Part shown: one piece after another, positions 1-13,447 of the stretch | Position numbering within the stretch: the first letter of the stretch is position 1 | How the letters are laid out: each line of letters opens with the position of its first letter | Assembly: GCA_018398765.1 (NCBI GenBank) | Contig: JAHBMJ010000057.1 | Span: 1-64,000, forward strand | Direction: 5' to 3' | DNA length: 64,000 nucleotides | Origin: Chromera velia | Taxonomy: Eukaryota | Translations under genes and position numbers: made by a program | Notes under the pieces: generated by a model | What the model saw: the letters and a program-made list of their open reading frames with translations, nothing else | Databases searched by the model: none | What the model was told of the DNA's origin: nothing

Positions 1-2335
1 GCCCTCATTGTTGCATGCCTAGGACCGGACTGATCGATCCTGGGGAGCAGTGTTTTACTAGCTAGTAGTCCTAAAGTTCGGCCGCTTTAGGTGAGCATTC
101 GCTAGCATGCTCCTAGCTTGCAATATGACATGAATGCTTACAGACTGCCCTTTGCCATTGGGACACGATGGCTGGTGGGTTAAGTCACCTCATCATCATC
201 ATCATCATCAGATTCTTAATTTATCATTAAAATTATACAGGAATCATAACAGGATAATTGAAATTAGGTATGTCAAGCATGCATGTATAGACACGTGCAA
301 AGCTTTTATTAAGGTAGAACTAGGACTAGAAAATTACCAGGTACTGCTAATCTTTAAAATGGCTAGTCATCATCATCATCATATGCCATGGTGAAAATTG
401 TTCGTAACGCAGCCAGTTACAGATAGTTATTAAGTGATAAGTGATGGGAGCTTTACTAGTGCCCTAGGGACCGAGCTAGGATAGGCTCTAGGACACTGTT
501 ACCGTTTTATGTTTCAAAGATTGTTTTGTTTTTTACATTCATCATTATTAATAATTCATCCCCATCAATAATTTTTTTCATATCCATAAATATATGTGCA
601 TTCACTTCAGTCTTTATCTCTAGTTTCGGAGACCTTAGGCTTAACCACAATTAAGTAAATAAGTAGTCTAAAAGTTCAGTGTCAAAACTTAGGCTCTCCA
701 GGATTCATTATACGCTAGATCATACGTCATCGCCATCAGCTTATGCTAGGCATTACATAATTTGGAGAGTTTAGAGGGCATGAACTGAGGAGGGAAGTGA
801 GGGGGGATTTGGGAGTTCATAAGGGGAGGCGTTGTAGAGCAACGGAGTCGGGAGTGGTCGGGAGGTCAAACGAAAAGATGTAGGGATTTTTTTTCTGACG
901 GCGGTGTCTTTGTGTATGAGATTTTCATTTTTATGCCCGTGGCATGTTTTTGAGGGGTCATCGCGTTTCATGAGTCATGATGCACTGACCATCGATGCAT
1001 CAATGAGTAAACAATTACTGAGCTAGCTTGGGGTATGCGTGAAGGTGGCGGGGGGCATTGTATAAATAGTCTGACGGCGCATTTGAGGATGAAGTCAAAA
1101 GAAGGGGCAGAAAAGGCGAGTCTGAATAAATTGTGCTCATGTGACGAAGGCAGTTTGTGGAAGAAGTCTGCGAGTGCAGACGAGAAGGACCTGAAACAGC
1201 AACAGAAGTGAGAAGAGGGCGTGTGCGTACTTTCTGCGATAAGTTCAATATTGAGTCCAAAAACTGCCGAATGTTGCGTGTTCATACATTTGATCATCTG
1301 TCATAGTGGTAAGGCTTTAGGAGTCTGCTTTAAGTGCAACTGCTTTAACTGCAAAGTTGCATCTATTTAAAGCATTTGCTGCAGTTGAATTGCATTCTGC
1401 CTGTCATTAAATACTTCTTCATATTTTATACTTTTAATTGCATGATAATTTGCTCCATTTATTGAAATGGTTAGTGAAATGGCTAAAAACTTTTAATTAA
1501 ATCAAAAGTAGCATAGCATAAAACAACGTAGGTAAAAAAACTACTTAAGAGTTAAAAACTTTTGAAAGTTTTTTTTCTAGTTTTTGATTTTTATTTTTAA
1601 ATTAAGATTTTTATAATTATATAAAATAAAAAATTAAATATCTGTAGGAATTTTAAGCCAGAGTTTAATCATTGACTCTAGAATTCACTCCAGAGCTCAA
1701 CGGGTGGACTCACAAAATCAAATCAAATTAAAACCAATTTAATCTAAATTAATTATATATTTTTGAAACCGGACCTTTAATCGGTCAATTCAAAACTTTA
1801 TGCAAAGTTGGAAGCAGCTGCAGGGTTACCCGGGGAACTTGTCTTCTTTCACTCTTTCAAAAATGATACCAGAAATGATATAAGAGAGCTGTAGTTCCTA
1901 ATGTAATCACTGTAGTTCTTTATGCTTTTAAAAAAATCCAAGATGTTATAATTTTAATTGAATAGTAACTTGAATACCAATTTCATAATTCAATTGAATT
2001 TGATCATGATAATTCATCTTCCTATATCTTCATTAAAATCTGTATAATTGCTTTAATCTCGGCTTTAATAAATCTGAAAACCATTGATTTAAATTTTCAA
2101 AAACATTTTTAAATAACCGGAGTCACCGGAAGGTCTTAGTACCCACGCAGAGATCAAACTTAACATTTTTTGCATTTAAATCATTAGCATTTTTTTTTTT
2201 ATTATTCTTTTTGATTAGTGTTTTTGATATCCTCCGTCTAGAGAGTACCAGTAGTAAAGAAGAACAATTGTTCACCGAACTTTATATGGAATACAGCTCA
2301 AAGTTCAAGAAAAAAAATTTAACCAGATGATAAAG

Positions 2336-2821
2336 TCACTGTCCTTGAGACGGCGCCATCTGCATAAGAAGGCGGGCATTGCGGAGACCCGGGAAGGACC
2401 GCTGAGCTGCCACAGAGATCGTGAGCTCAATGGCTGGCTGCTGAGACTGTGTGGAGTCCTTCGCGTTCCCCGCAGCTTGGGAGAAGGGCGACGGAGTCTG
2501 TATGCATGAAAAGCAGGGGGCGGTACATGCATACTGATGCCGTATATGTATTTTACAGATAAATGATCGAACAAAAAAGATCCGGATGTGAGCTAGACAG
2601 CGGAGTCTGTAAGCCTTGCTGGGCCTGTCCTTTGACGCACGCAAGGACGCATCATAATGCATCAAATTTTCGCCTCCTTGCAAGCGTCCTTGCGTCCTTG
2701 CTCGGCCTGTCCTAAGAATTTGCATCTGCATGAGTCAATTGATTCGAATACAGACTGATGCAGACACGCAGATGCACGTGCAGGAAGGAAAAAGATGAAC
2801 TTCCACAGTACCCAGAGATGC

Positions 2822-2856
<35 letters not shown>

Positions 2857-5800
2857 CAGACAGACAAGCAGACAGACCTCTTCAGGAAATCCGAGGAGGA
2901 CCACCCCGGCGTCTCCCTCCGCGTCCGTCTCCATCTCTGCTCCCCTCTTTTCCTTCGCTCCCCCCTTTTCCGTGTGTGATTTTTGTGATTGAGAACTGCG
3001 TCCCCTCACTGGCCGCTCATCTCCTGCCCCCACGTCTGCTCTCGGGGAGACGCTCCGGGACAGAGAGAAACTCCCCCGAGGCGCTTTGTTTGACGTGCCC
3101 CCGGGTGGCTGTAGGAGGGGGAGCCCTCCGGCAGTCTTGGGGGTGGGAGGCTGCTCAGAGGGGACAAGGGCGGCGAGGGTATCGATGGCCTGACTGCGGC
3201 GGCGGGGCGGTGGGGAGGCGGGAGGGGGCATGTTGACGTCCATCTCTGTTGCCTGCATGAATGCGAAAGCGTTGATGGCCCCTGCGTCGCTTCTCCTTCT
3301 GATCTGAGACACCCTCTCTCCCTCTGGCTTTATGACTGCCAACAACCCTGCGCCCTCTTTAATCTGGTGGGCCTGGTTGGGGTCCGAGAGGACGGTGGCG
3401 GGCCGGGGCGGCAGGTTGACCTCCGGGATATGTCCGGCCTCGTTGGAGGGCCTCCAGCCTCGGGTGGCCTCGTCGGTGTGGGCCCACCTGAAGGGAAGAT
3501 ATGGGTATGCTCTTCAATTTAAAATATTGATAAAGAAAATAAAAAAAAATAAAAGCAGGCCTCGTCGGTGTGCGCCCACCTGAAGGGAAGATATGGATAA
3601 GGACAGACAATCTCTTGGCCTTGCTCTTCAATTTTGGCTCACTCCAACGCAGCGGGTGATCACTTTACTAGACACCATGCATCCGCTTGCAAAGAACAAA
3701 AAAGGATATGATGATTTCCTCTCGGTACGCACACAAAGATGAATGATGAAATGGCAAGAAGGACAAAAGCCTGCATCGCCCACTTGTCGGGATTTGCGAA
3801 GACGTGGTGGCGGACGAGGACGTCGTCTCCTGGGAGGGCCTCACACCTGCAGATGGATGGATGGATGGATGGATGGATGGATGAGAATGGACAATACGGG
3901 GGTGGGTGCATACTTACTTCATTTGGATCGATGTGAGTGTTCAGTATGTGAACTCAGTCAGAAAAAAAGGCTGTGGCCAATTTCTGAAACAAGGGAAGGA
4001 ACAACAGAGGCATTCTCTAGGATGATTTTGATCGGCATGAATGCATCGTGTACTGATGCAAGTGATTTCTTGTGCGCCTGCGGGCAGTTGTGGACGCGTA
4101 TCTAATGAGTGGCGGCAGAGGACTGGTCGCACACGCACACGTGCACTCACTCGTAACCAACCACGCAGCAAAAACGAAACAGACAAGAGAAATATAATCG
4201 TCAGAATCACGCACAGGCAGGCAACAAAAGAAGAAGAGAAAGAGTGAGGAGAGCTGACTCACTTTCCAACGACGCTTCTCCTCCGGGCCCGCGCGTCCTC
4301 CGTCAAATTGGCAGGGAGAAGGATCCGCCGGGTGCTGTGGTGCTGTCCGCTATGGCCAACCTGCGTGCGTGCGTGCACACTCATGCATGAAAGAAAACAC
4401 ACAGGGGTACATGTACAGGGGGAGGGTCACTACTGGAAATAGGCAGGGCAGATTTGTACGTGTGAGCGCATGGAAGAGCGCGTTCATGCCTGGAGAAGTT
4501 CACAAGTTAAGCACCCAGAAGAAAGAAACTCACTCCACTGGAAGAGAAGAGGGGACTGACCGTATCGTTGACAGGCGTCACGAGAGAAGACCGTCTCCGT
4601 GCACACTCATGCATGCATGTGAAAGAGAGAGAAACTCACCGTATCGTTGACAGGCGTCACGAGAGAAGACCGTCTCCGTGCACACTCATGCATGCATGTG
4701 AAAGAGTTGCCTGTATGAAAGCGCAAGGAGAGAGAAACTCACCGTATCGTTGACAGGCGTCACGAGAGAAGACCGTCTCCTGCTCAATACAGCGCCCCCC
4801 CCTGAGCCTGCTTCTCCGGCAAAGCTTCCTCTCTCGTCTGCACCCCCGCTGGTGACTGTGCCCTCAAAGATGTCCTGAGGAGGCGGGGGGGGTTTGGGGG
4901 TTTCGGGGGGGGCCTCTCTGAGGGCATCCGGAGGGGGGGGGCAGATGAGTGCGGTGACGATGGCGGAGTTCCTCTTCGGACCCCCGATCGGAGGCAGGAG
5001 ACCTGCATGGATGGAAAGGAGAAGGGCGGGTAGGGGCATGAAGCAGAGAAGTATGAAAATGAATGCATGGATGGAGAAGCGTACATGCAGAGAAGAAAGA
5101 GGAGGGGACAGCCGGGTGCGGAGAAGAGACCATCCATGAACATTCCTTCCGTCGAAACTCGGATGTGCGTGCGTGAGTGAGGGCATGAATGAACGAGCAT
5201 TGTGGGTATGTGCATGAGTGTGAGCGCGAAGGAGAGACAGCATGCATCTACACATTCACAAATAAGGAGGAATTAGACGGAATAAAAGCCTCTCGAAACT
5301 CTTAAATTCGATGAATAATATTCCCTGTCCGCCTCCTCTCTTATGCCGAAAGTCAGGCCTGTGTGTACCTCGGCAAGTGAAAGCTGGCGACCCTGCATGC
5401 CCCATGCACTCCCTCACTGACCGACCGACCTGTCTGTGCCGCTTCGGGCCCAGAAGGAAGGAGAGCCCCCCACACCTCCATCGGACTCGCGAGTGGCCTC
5501 TCTGTCTCATCCGCTGCGTCTGGTTTGAACACCTTCACCGAGGGCGTGGCGACGCCACCAGGTGAAGGCGCGGGCTTGGGGCCACGGGTCAGGGCGCGTG
5601 GCGGCGGACGCGTGCGGCGGCGCAGGATCCTCCTGAGCATTCTTGAGTCACCCACCGCTGCTTTTGCCGCCGCCAACTCTAGGACGCCGTCTGGCTCCCC
5701 CGTCAGCGCCAGGGCGCGTTCGGATGCAGGATCGATTTCTCTTTCCGGGGCCAGGCGCAAGGAGACGGTCCATGGGTCCACCTGCTCTGCGACAGGACCT

Positions 5801-8800
5801 CCGTGCACTTTTGGAGTCCTGAAGGGAACAGCGTGGCCCCCCTGGTCCCTGCCTCTCTGGGCGGCGGGGCGGAGGGGTATGAACTTCTTTCTGTGCGGCG
5901 GCGGGGAGTCTCTGGGTCGGTGTGGCGGCGCGGTTGGGTCCTTCGGGCGCATGTGAGGAAGGGGTCGGGGGGAGGGAAGGGTGGGGGGGCGGAGTGCTTC
6001 GGCAGCAGCGATTCGCTCTGCGTCTCTTCGGACGTCTATGGATGCAGCGAGGGCACGTGACCGCAAGAGTGCATCTGCCTTTTCTAACCATGCCTTTACG
6101 TCGGCATCGGCTGTTGCGTTCATTTGTTGTTGCGTTGCTTTGTCAGTGTCCTCTTCGGAGGCTGTAGTCTTCTTCTGCGCTCCTGCCTGCTCTACCATCC
6201 ACTTGTGTCCTCTGTGTGTGTGGTGGGGGTCTATCTGCAGATAGCGGGCCCTCGCCTCCGCGAGACGGAGACGCTGGTGCGCGAGGAGGAGAGAGTCCAG
6301 ACGACCACAGAGGAGGGCCAGGGCCAGGCGAAGCACGGGGGTCCTCGCTTGGATGTCGGCAATTGAGAGGAGCTCCTGGCTGAGGGTTGAATTCTTGGCT
6401 TCCGGGTTGGCCTTTTGGAGTCTGCATTGGAGAGACACAGAAAAAGTCGTGCGAGTGGAATGTGAAATTTTGAATGAAGATTTATTCGTACGTCAATATA
6501 TTCTCGAGAGAGGGGGATTCATTCATATACCCACGAGAGAGGGCAGCACCTGTGTTTCGTGTCGGCCTCTTGAAGTTTGGGAAAGAGGGCATGAGGAGGA
6601 CAGAAATGCATGAATGAGGCTGGACATTGAGATTTGCGTGTGACCTTTCGGACACGGTGTGTGTGTGAGAGAGAGAAGAGAGAAAGAGAAATGGGAGGGC
6701 AAATGTCAGTTGAAGAGTTTCAGACCAGGAAAAAACAGACTAAGGATGCTTTTGACTACGCAGAGCGACGTGGTCTCCTCAATCAATCACACCGACTTAC
6801 CTCTGTGCATTTTTCTTCAACAGAAGATGCCCTTGAGGGTCCAGAGTTCTCCAGAGTCTCTCGAGCACCCCTGCCTTCAGCACACTCTCCACAAACCCCT
6901 GTGAGACATATGCGAGAGCCGAGGCTCCCGTCTCAGGCAGAGTGTTGCCTATCTGCTCTGCTCCAATGCTCGAGCAACTAGCGACTGTGCGTGCGAGTTC
7001 AGAGTCAGTGAACTCATCCTCGCCCCCCTCCTCCTCTCCAATTCTGCCCAAATTGTTATTCACACTCACACTCCCAAACGCACCCATACCACCCGAACGA
7101 TCTTCCATAGATGACCTCCCACCCCCCAGGGCATCCACTTGGCCTATAGACCATACAGAAGTGTTCACATCCGTCTCTGGATCCTGAGGGGCGTTTGCGG
7201 TGGTCTGAGAGATAACGGAAACCTGAACACTGCCCAAGTGACCGTCATGTGCGGCGGCGGGGCGGGGCTTTTGGTCACCTTTTGCGGCGGCGCCACTCTT
7301 CTCTGCCTGCACAGGTGCCTCCTCCACCACTTCTGCTCCCTCGTCTTCTCCAGCCGCCTCTTTCGATTCTTCGTTGTCTCCAGGCTTCTCCTCTTCTGCT
7401 TCTGCATCTGCATGCATGAAGGGGGGGGGAAGATCGAGGGCTGCGATGTGCTGTGCAAGAGGAAGAATGAATGATGTGTCGCTGCGAACTCTTGTATTCA
7501 TAAGTTGATTTTTTTCTCCCCTGTATCTTCTTTGTTTTCTCTTTTCTCTTCAATTAACGAATCCTTCACTTAGCAATCTTTGTGTAGCAAATGAGCCAAC
7601 AATGCTTTTTTTGTAGAGTGGAGAGAAGATCTGTCTTTGTGTGGTCCTTCCTTTCTGTACAGACTCTTTCTGACTGACTGACTCAATCAAAGTTGATCTC
7701 GAGTTGGCATCTAGATATTCCCGAATTGTTTCTTCACACACTTCGATCCACTCATTCATTTTCTCGATCTGCACTCCATAGCACTGCTAGTGACTGACCT
7801 TCAATCTCGTGATTTCCTGCAGTCTCCTCCTCACTTTTCTCGGGCTCTCCTTCGGCCTCTTCCTCTCCACTTTCCGGTGCTCCCTGTCCCTCTGTTCCCT
7901 CTTTCTCTTCTTTGCTTTCTTCCTCCTCTCCTTGAAGAGGAACGGGGTTGGAAGGAGGGTCTCCTGTCTCTTCTTTTGTCTCACCATCTTGGGGGTTCTC
8001 CGTCTTTTCTTTTTCTGCTTCTTCTTCTTTTGTTGGTTCTCCTGCTGCTTCTGGTTGTGCGTCTGCAGGCTCTCCGTTTGCGTCCTGTTCTCCTTTGGAT
8101 CCTTCTTCCTCTTCCGGCGTCGCTTCTGCCTTCTCTCCCTCTTCCGTTGGACCCGTCCCTTCTTCATGGTCTTTGTTGTCATTTTCTTTTTCTGGGGGAG
8201 GATTGTCGTCTGGCGTTTCTTTCTTTTCTTCCTGCTGTTCTCCTTCTTCTTTTTTTGAGGGAGACTGAAAGACGTCGAACATTGTGGGGCCTTCTTCGCC
8301 TTGCGGGGGTGAGGGTTTGGTTTCTTCTTCACTTTCCTTCTCGGTACTTTCCTGTTCTTTTTCTTCCTTTTCAGCAGCAGCTTGTTTTATTTCTTCCTCT
8401 TTGCCACCTTCTTTTTCTTCGGGTTTTGAGAAGAAGTCAAACACTGAGGGTCCCTCAGGTGCCTTCTCACCTGCTGTGGGATTGAGGGGCTCTTTGGTTT
8501 TCTCTCCTTTCTCTGACTTCTCTTCCGGTTTGGCGAAGAAATCGAACATTGAAGGACCTTCTCCTTCCCCGTCTGCTGCCTTCTTCGCTTTCTCTTTCTC
8601 CTTTTCTTCGGGTTTAGAGAAGAAATCAAACATGGAAGGCCCCTCGTCAGCCTTCTGAGCTTCCTCCATCTTCTTCTCTTTTGGCTGCGTGAAAAAGTCA
8701 AACATGGAGGGGCCTGAGGGGTCAATTTGTGCAGGGGGTTTCGACTTCTGTTTGATCTTCTCGGAAGGATTCGCGAATATGTCAAACATCGTGGGACCAG

Positions 8801-11800
8801 ACGACAGCCCTGTCCCTTCACCTGAATCGTCGACACCTCGGGAAGCATCAACGTCGGCTTCCGTGAGGAGGGTAGCCTGTCGCTCTGCTTCCTCTCTTGC
8901 GGCTGCTTCTGCGGCGGCGGCTGCTTCTTCTTCAGCAGCTCTTTGTGCTTCCTCCGCCGCTTTTCTCTCTCTTTCGATCCGTCTCTGTCTGTTTCTCTCT
9001 TTCGTTTCTGCCCTTTTCCTCTCCCGCTCCTCCCGCATCCTCTGTTGATACTCTTCATATGCCACAGAAATGGCCTTTGCGTTCAGACGGGAGAGCAGAG
9101 AGGGGTCTCCCTTGATCGTCGCTGTGCCTTTGAGGGTTCCTCCAGCCCCGGCAGCCGTCCTCGACAGGTCAGACGAGGGCACCTCTTCTGACGTCAAAAG
9201 TGTCCGCCTGTACAGACTCGCAGGCTGCAGATTACGGGAACAAGCAAGAGGAATCATTGGACTTCAAAGATCACATATGTATGCGTTTACTTTCATACAG
9301 AGTTCTTTTTCATACAGAATTCTTACTTTCATATGTATGTTATTTAAAGAGGATAGGAGGAATCGTTTGACTTCAAAGATCACATATGTATGCAAAAGAG
9401 GCACAGGACAAGACGACCAAAGGAAGGGGCAGAGATGGACAATTAAGGGAGTGATCTGCAACAAAGATAACACCGAAAAAAATCAACTCTTTTCTTTTCT
9501 TTTCTTTTTCTGACCTGCACGCCAAATTGTGACTGGAGCATTGCCGCCTCCTCCTCCTTCTCCCTCTCCCCCCTTATCTGCGAGGGACTCGCTTCTCTTC
9601 TCTTCGGGCTACCCCCCCTCCCTCCCCCCTTTGTTCCCGTCACAATGCGGCTTTTCGGGCCCTCCCTTCCCCTTCCTGACCCCACACCCTCGGTGCTCAG
9701 CACCACACGAGATGGACACCCCGGAGCTTCGAAAGTCCGGAGGGCGGCGGTGGCCCTTTCATTTCCGTTCGGCACAACCAAAACATCATACAACGTGGGC
9801 AGTGCAGCATCAGAGGGAGAGTGTGTCCCGTGATCTGACACTTTTTGACCATCCTCTTCCTCCCCCGCTCCGGTGTGGCAGCCGGACGCTGCAGCTGAGA
9901 GAGGTAGACTGAAGCCTTTGTCCCTCATACCCCCCCTGGCCATGGCACCCCTGTCATCTGCATCATCAGCATCACCCCTCCCGTGACTCCCTCCCCCTGC
10001 AGTCCCCCCTCCCCTTCTCCCGTCTCCCCCCCTGACACCCCAACCAGAGTCTGCCACCAGCTGTTTCACCATGCCCCGAAGAGCAAGGGGGCCTGCTGAG
10101 ATCTTCGAGGAGCCAGAGGGGGCTATGACAGTCATGGGCCAGTCGGGAGTCGCCAGGACAGTGCTGTATGTGCACAACAAAAATGCATGCATTCATTTTC
10201 ATGCAGTCTGTATAAATTAATATTACAAAAAAAATTCTGTACGAAAATGAATGCATGGGCCAGCCGGGAGTCGCCAGGACGGTGCTGTACGTGCAGAACA
10301 AAAAGAAGATTGAACGTGCAAAAATGAAGGATAAAAGAACGAACGCTTTGGAATACAAGCTTGGGGTTCGTGGTTGGTACTAATTGAGCGAAGCCACTCT
10401 TGGTCGTCCCAATCATTGGTCTATCTGCTTTCCTTCTTCTTCTCTCGATCGGCACACAATTCAAGCGAAACGAAGAAAGTGAAGTGTGATTTGCATTCTG
10501 GACGAAAACAACGAAGGCAAAAGCACGCATGTTTCCATTCCTTCTCTCTCTCAGGGAAACATAAGTGCATGAGCCATTCCACTCACACAGCTGCTCTCAG
10601 GATCCACAACACTAAAGAAATCATTGTTCAATCTTGCTCCCCCCTCCCTCACTGACTGACCCTGTATGGAATGTCGGCCACCTGCCCTCTGCTCTTCGGA
10701 CTGTGGACCCTGATCCGACACCGACTGCCCCCCTTCCCTTCCCCTTCCCCTCCTCTGACTCCTTCTCTCCCCTTCTTCCCCTGCTGTTCTCCTCCAACAG
10801 CGCCCCCTTCCGCTTCTCCAAAATGTCCTTCGCAGTCTCGAACCTAGAGGGCACCCCCCCTCCTTCAGTCCGTCTGCGCACTCTCCACAGGTGAGTAGCC
10901 CCCAGACCTAGTTTGTTCGATGCCCCCAAAGCAACGTCAACCATCTCCCGTCTCCTCTCCGTCCACGCTCGCGGTTGCCCCGCGTGATTCACCGCACACT
11001 TCGACAGGGGCAGCAGAATCGTGTTCACCCTTCTGCCCCTCAGGCCCTTCGGCCTCGTTCTCTTGAACGCCAAGGCGGGAAGTGCGGACCCCGTGGGGTC
11101 CACCAGGAGGGGCGCCGCCCGCCTCTGCTGCCGCGCCGCCCCGTCCGGCTGCTCCCACGCGTTGTCGTCAGAGCAGTGCGCCCTCACAGAAAGATTCTCC
11201 ATCGGGGGCAGCGTCCAGGAGATGAAGGAGCCTTGGAAGGAATACAGAGCTGCATGCATGAATCGGGCAGAAAGAAAAGGAAAGAAAAGGTATGAAGAAA
11301 TGTGATAGTGATGACGAGTGTACGGCCGGGAGGAGGAGGAAAAAAAAACAATTAAGGATTGGGATCAAGTGGTGAAAAAGAAAGGAAGGACCAGGGAAGG
11401 GAAGAAAAGAACACATGCAGCACGGTGTGCAAAGATCAGCTTGGGCATGCATATCACTTTGATTGATCAGAGAGGGTTTTCATTATCTGTAGGGCCTCCC
11501 GCCGCAGAGCTGTCAGCATGTTTGCGAACAAACAAAACAGAGCTAGAAGCGCTGAAAGCTTTTCTGGCCGGACGACAATTAACGAACACGCACGAGAGAA
11601 TTAAGAAAAGACTTAACTAACGGAATGGGAGCTTGAGAGGGATTTACGAAGAGACCAAAGAGAAACAAACCCACCTTCAGGTCCGCTTGTGGGAGGATTG
11701 GGGAGTCCTGCGTGTCCTCTCAACCAGAGAACCAAATCTTGGCTCCTCGAGTCTTCTCCTTCTTTTTCTTTTCCTTCCTCTCTCTTTGCCTCCTTCTCTG

Positions 11801-13406
11801 CCGGATTTGCGGTGTTTTCTCCCTCTTCCTCTTCTTCGTGCTCGCCCCTCTCCATCTGTTCTCTCTCTTCTAAGAGGATGCGAGCGGCACGCAGAGAGGC
11901 TTGGGCAGCCTGCAAGCAAAGAAGCGAAAAAATCAAGTGCGTGCAAAGCTGTTATGAACAACTGCATTAACAGCGTGTTCTTCTCACCAGCATGCATGTT
12001 TGAGTACCCATTCTTCAACCCAAGGTTGAGAGAGAGTGCTTAATTCCAGACGAGACCTTCAAAAGAAGACAGTACAAAAAAGAGAAAGAAGAGAGGAATG
12101 AATGAATGAAGGAAGGAAGGGAAGAAGGGCCGACCTGTGACGATTTTCCTTCTGTCTCCCTTTGTCTGCGCTTCTTCGATTTGGCTGCTGCCGCCGCTGC
12201 TGCCGCCCTCGCCTGCCGGACGTTGGCGGCAAACGCGTTCTCTGCCTCTGCGTCCTCTCGAATCAGACCTGCAAAAGACCAAGAATAACCAGGATGAGGT
12301 TCTGGTCAGATGAGGAAAGAGAGAGCCCAAAAAGAAACACAAGCCATTTTCAGGAATCAAGAAAAAGACCTCAGCCGCAGCTCTTTTTTGTCGATCGAGT
12401 AAGGCACGCAGGAGACTAACGAGAGGGAGGAACCGGTCCATCGAAACGCATGCATCAGAACACCATCAAAGAATCTCATATCTTCAATACAAGGCTAGCT
12501 CTTTTCATTCACCGACCTCTGACAATTTCCGCATGCACAACGCGCACAACCGTCATACTCTCTGCCGTCCCTTTCTGCTGGTGATTGTGGAGAGAAGTGC
12601 CGAGAAGAGAATCTTCCCACAACACCGCAAAGCGGTGCTGCAAGAAATCAATTGGGGAAGGGAGGACGCACAATTTGTTCCATGCAGCAAAAGAAAAAGA
12701 AAAAAAAAAAAAGCTGCAAGAAATCAATTGGGGAAGGGAGGACGCACAATTTGTTTCATTCAGCAAAAGAAAAAGAAAAAAAAAAAAAGCTGCAAGAAAT
12801 CAATTGGGGAAGGGAGGACGCACAATTTGTTTCATTCAGCAAAAGAAAACATGACCTCTGCTCGTACACATCAGCAAAGTACCCGTCCGTTTCGAAAAAA
12901 AAAAAACGGGACGGCAAAGGAAAAGATAAACGAAGGGATAAGAAAGGAAGAACAAACGAAAGACAGCTAGCTAGAATTAATTTGCTCAGAAAGACGGACG
13001 AGAGAGACAAAGGCTGGATTGATACAGCAGAACCTCCTTGATGTCGATCTTTCTGTCTGTCTGTCTGTCTGTCTGTCTTTCTTTCTTTCTCCGCCGCCAT
13101 CCATGCTGCCCATCTGCTTTTGTAAGAAAGAACAGCGTGTATGTGTGTATCCATGGACGACAGACCTCTCTAGACAGTATGTATCTCTCTCTGTATGTAT
13201 GTATGTATTTTCTTTTCTGTGTGTGTATCCATGGACGACAGACCACGATCCGTCGTTTCTCCTCCTCGCCCCCCGAGGTCTTCCGATAATCTCCGTCTCC
13301 CTCCTCGTCCTCCTCCTCCTCTTCTTCCGATTCATCTCCGTCCTCTTGTGTCTCCGACTCCAAACACACACTTCCCCTGCACACGCACACGCACACACAC
13401 ACGCAC

Positions 13407-13447
<41 letters not shown>

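Noticed and set aside
134..394. ORF with two poly-His runs
   Set aside because: (CAT)n microsatellites in AT-rich intergenic DNA, with no other coding signal.
771..1297. Small minus-strand ORFs in a moderately GC-rich patch
   Set aside because: No recognisable domain or coherent exon chain. A degraded gene or repeat fragment cannot be excluded.
7550..7774. Protein-like ORF (IEKMNEWIEVCEE...) suggesting a frameshift or a separate gene
   Set aside because: A phase-1 intron at 7798-7408 with a typical ATGCATGCAG acceptor joins the acidic regions without it. An alternative exon is not excluded.
7790..9191. Long antisense ORFs opposite coding exons (also 35229-37138 and 62058-63531)
   Set aside because: Shadow frames of low-complexity or GC-rich exons.
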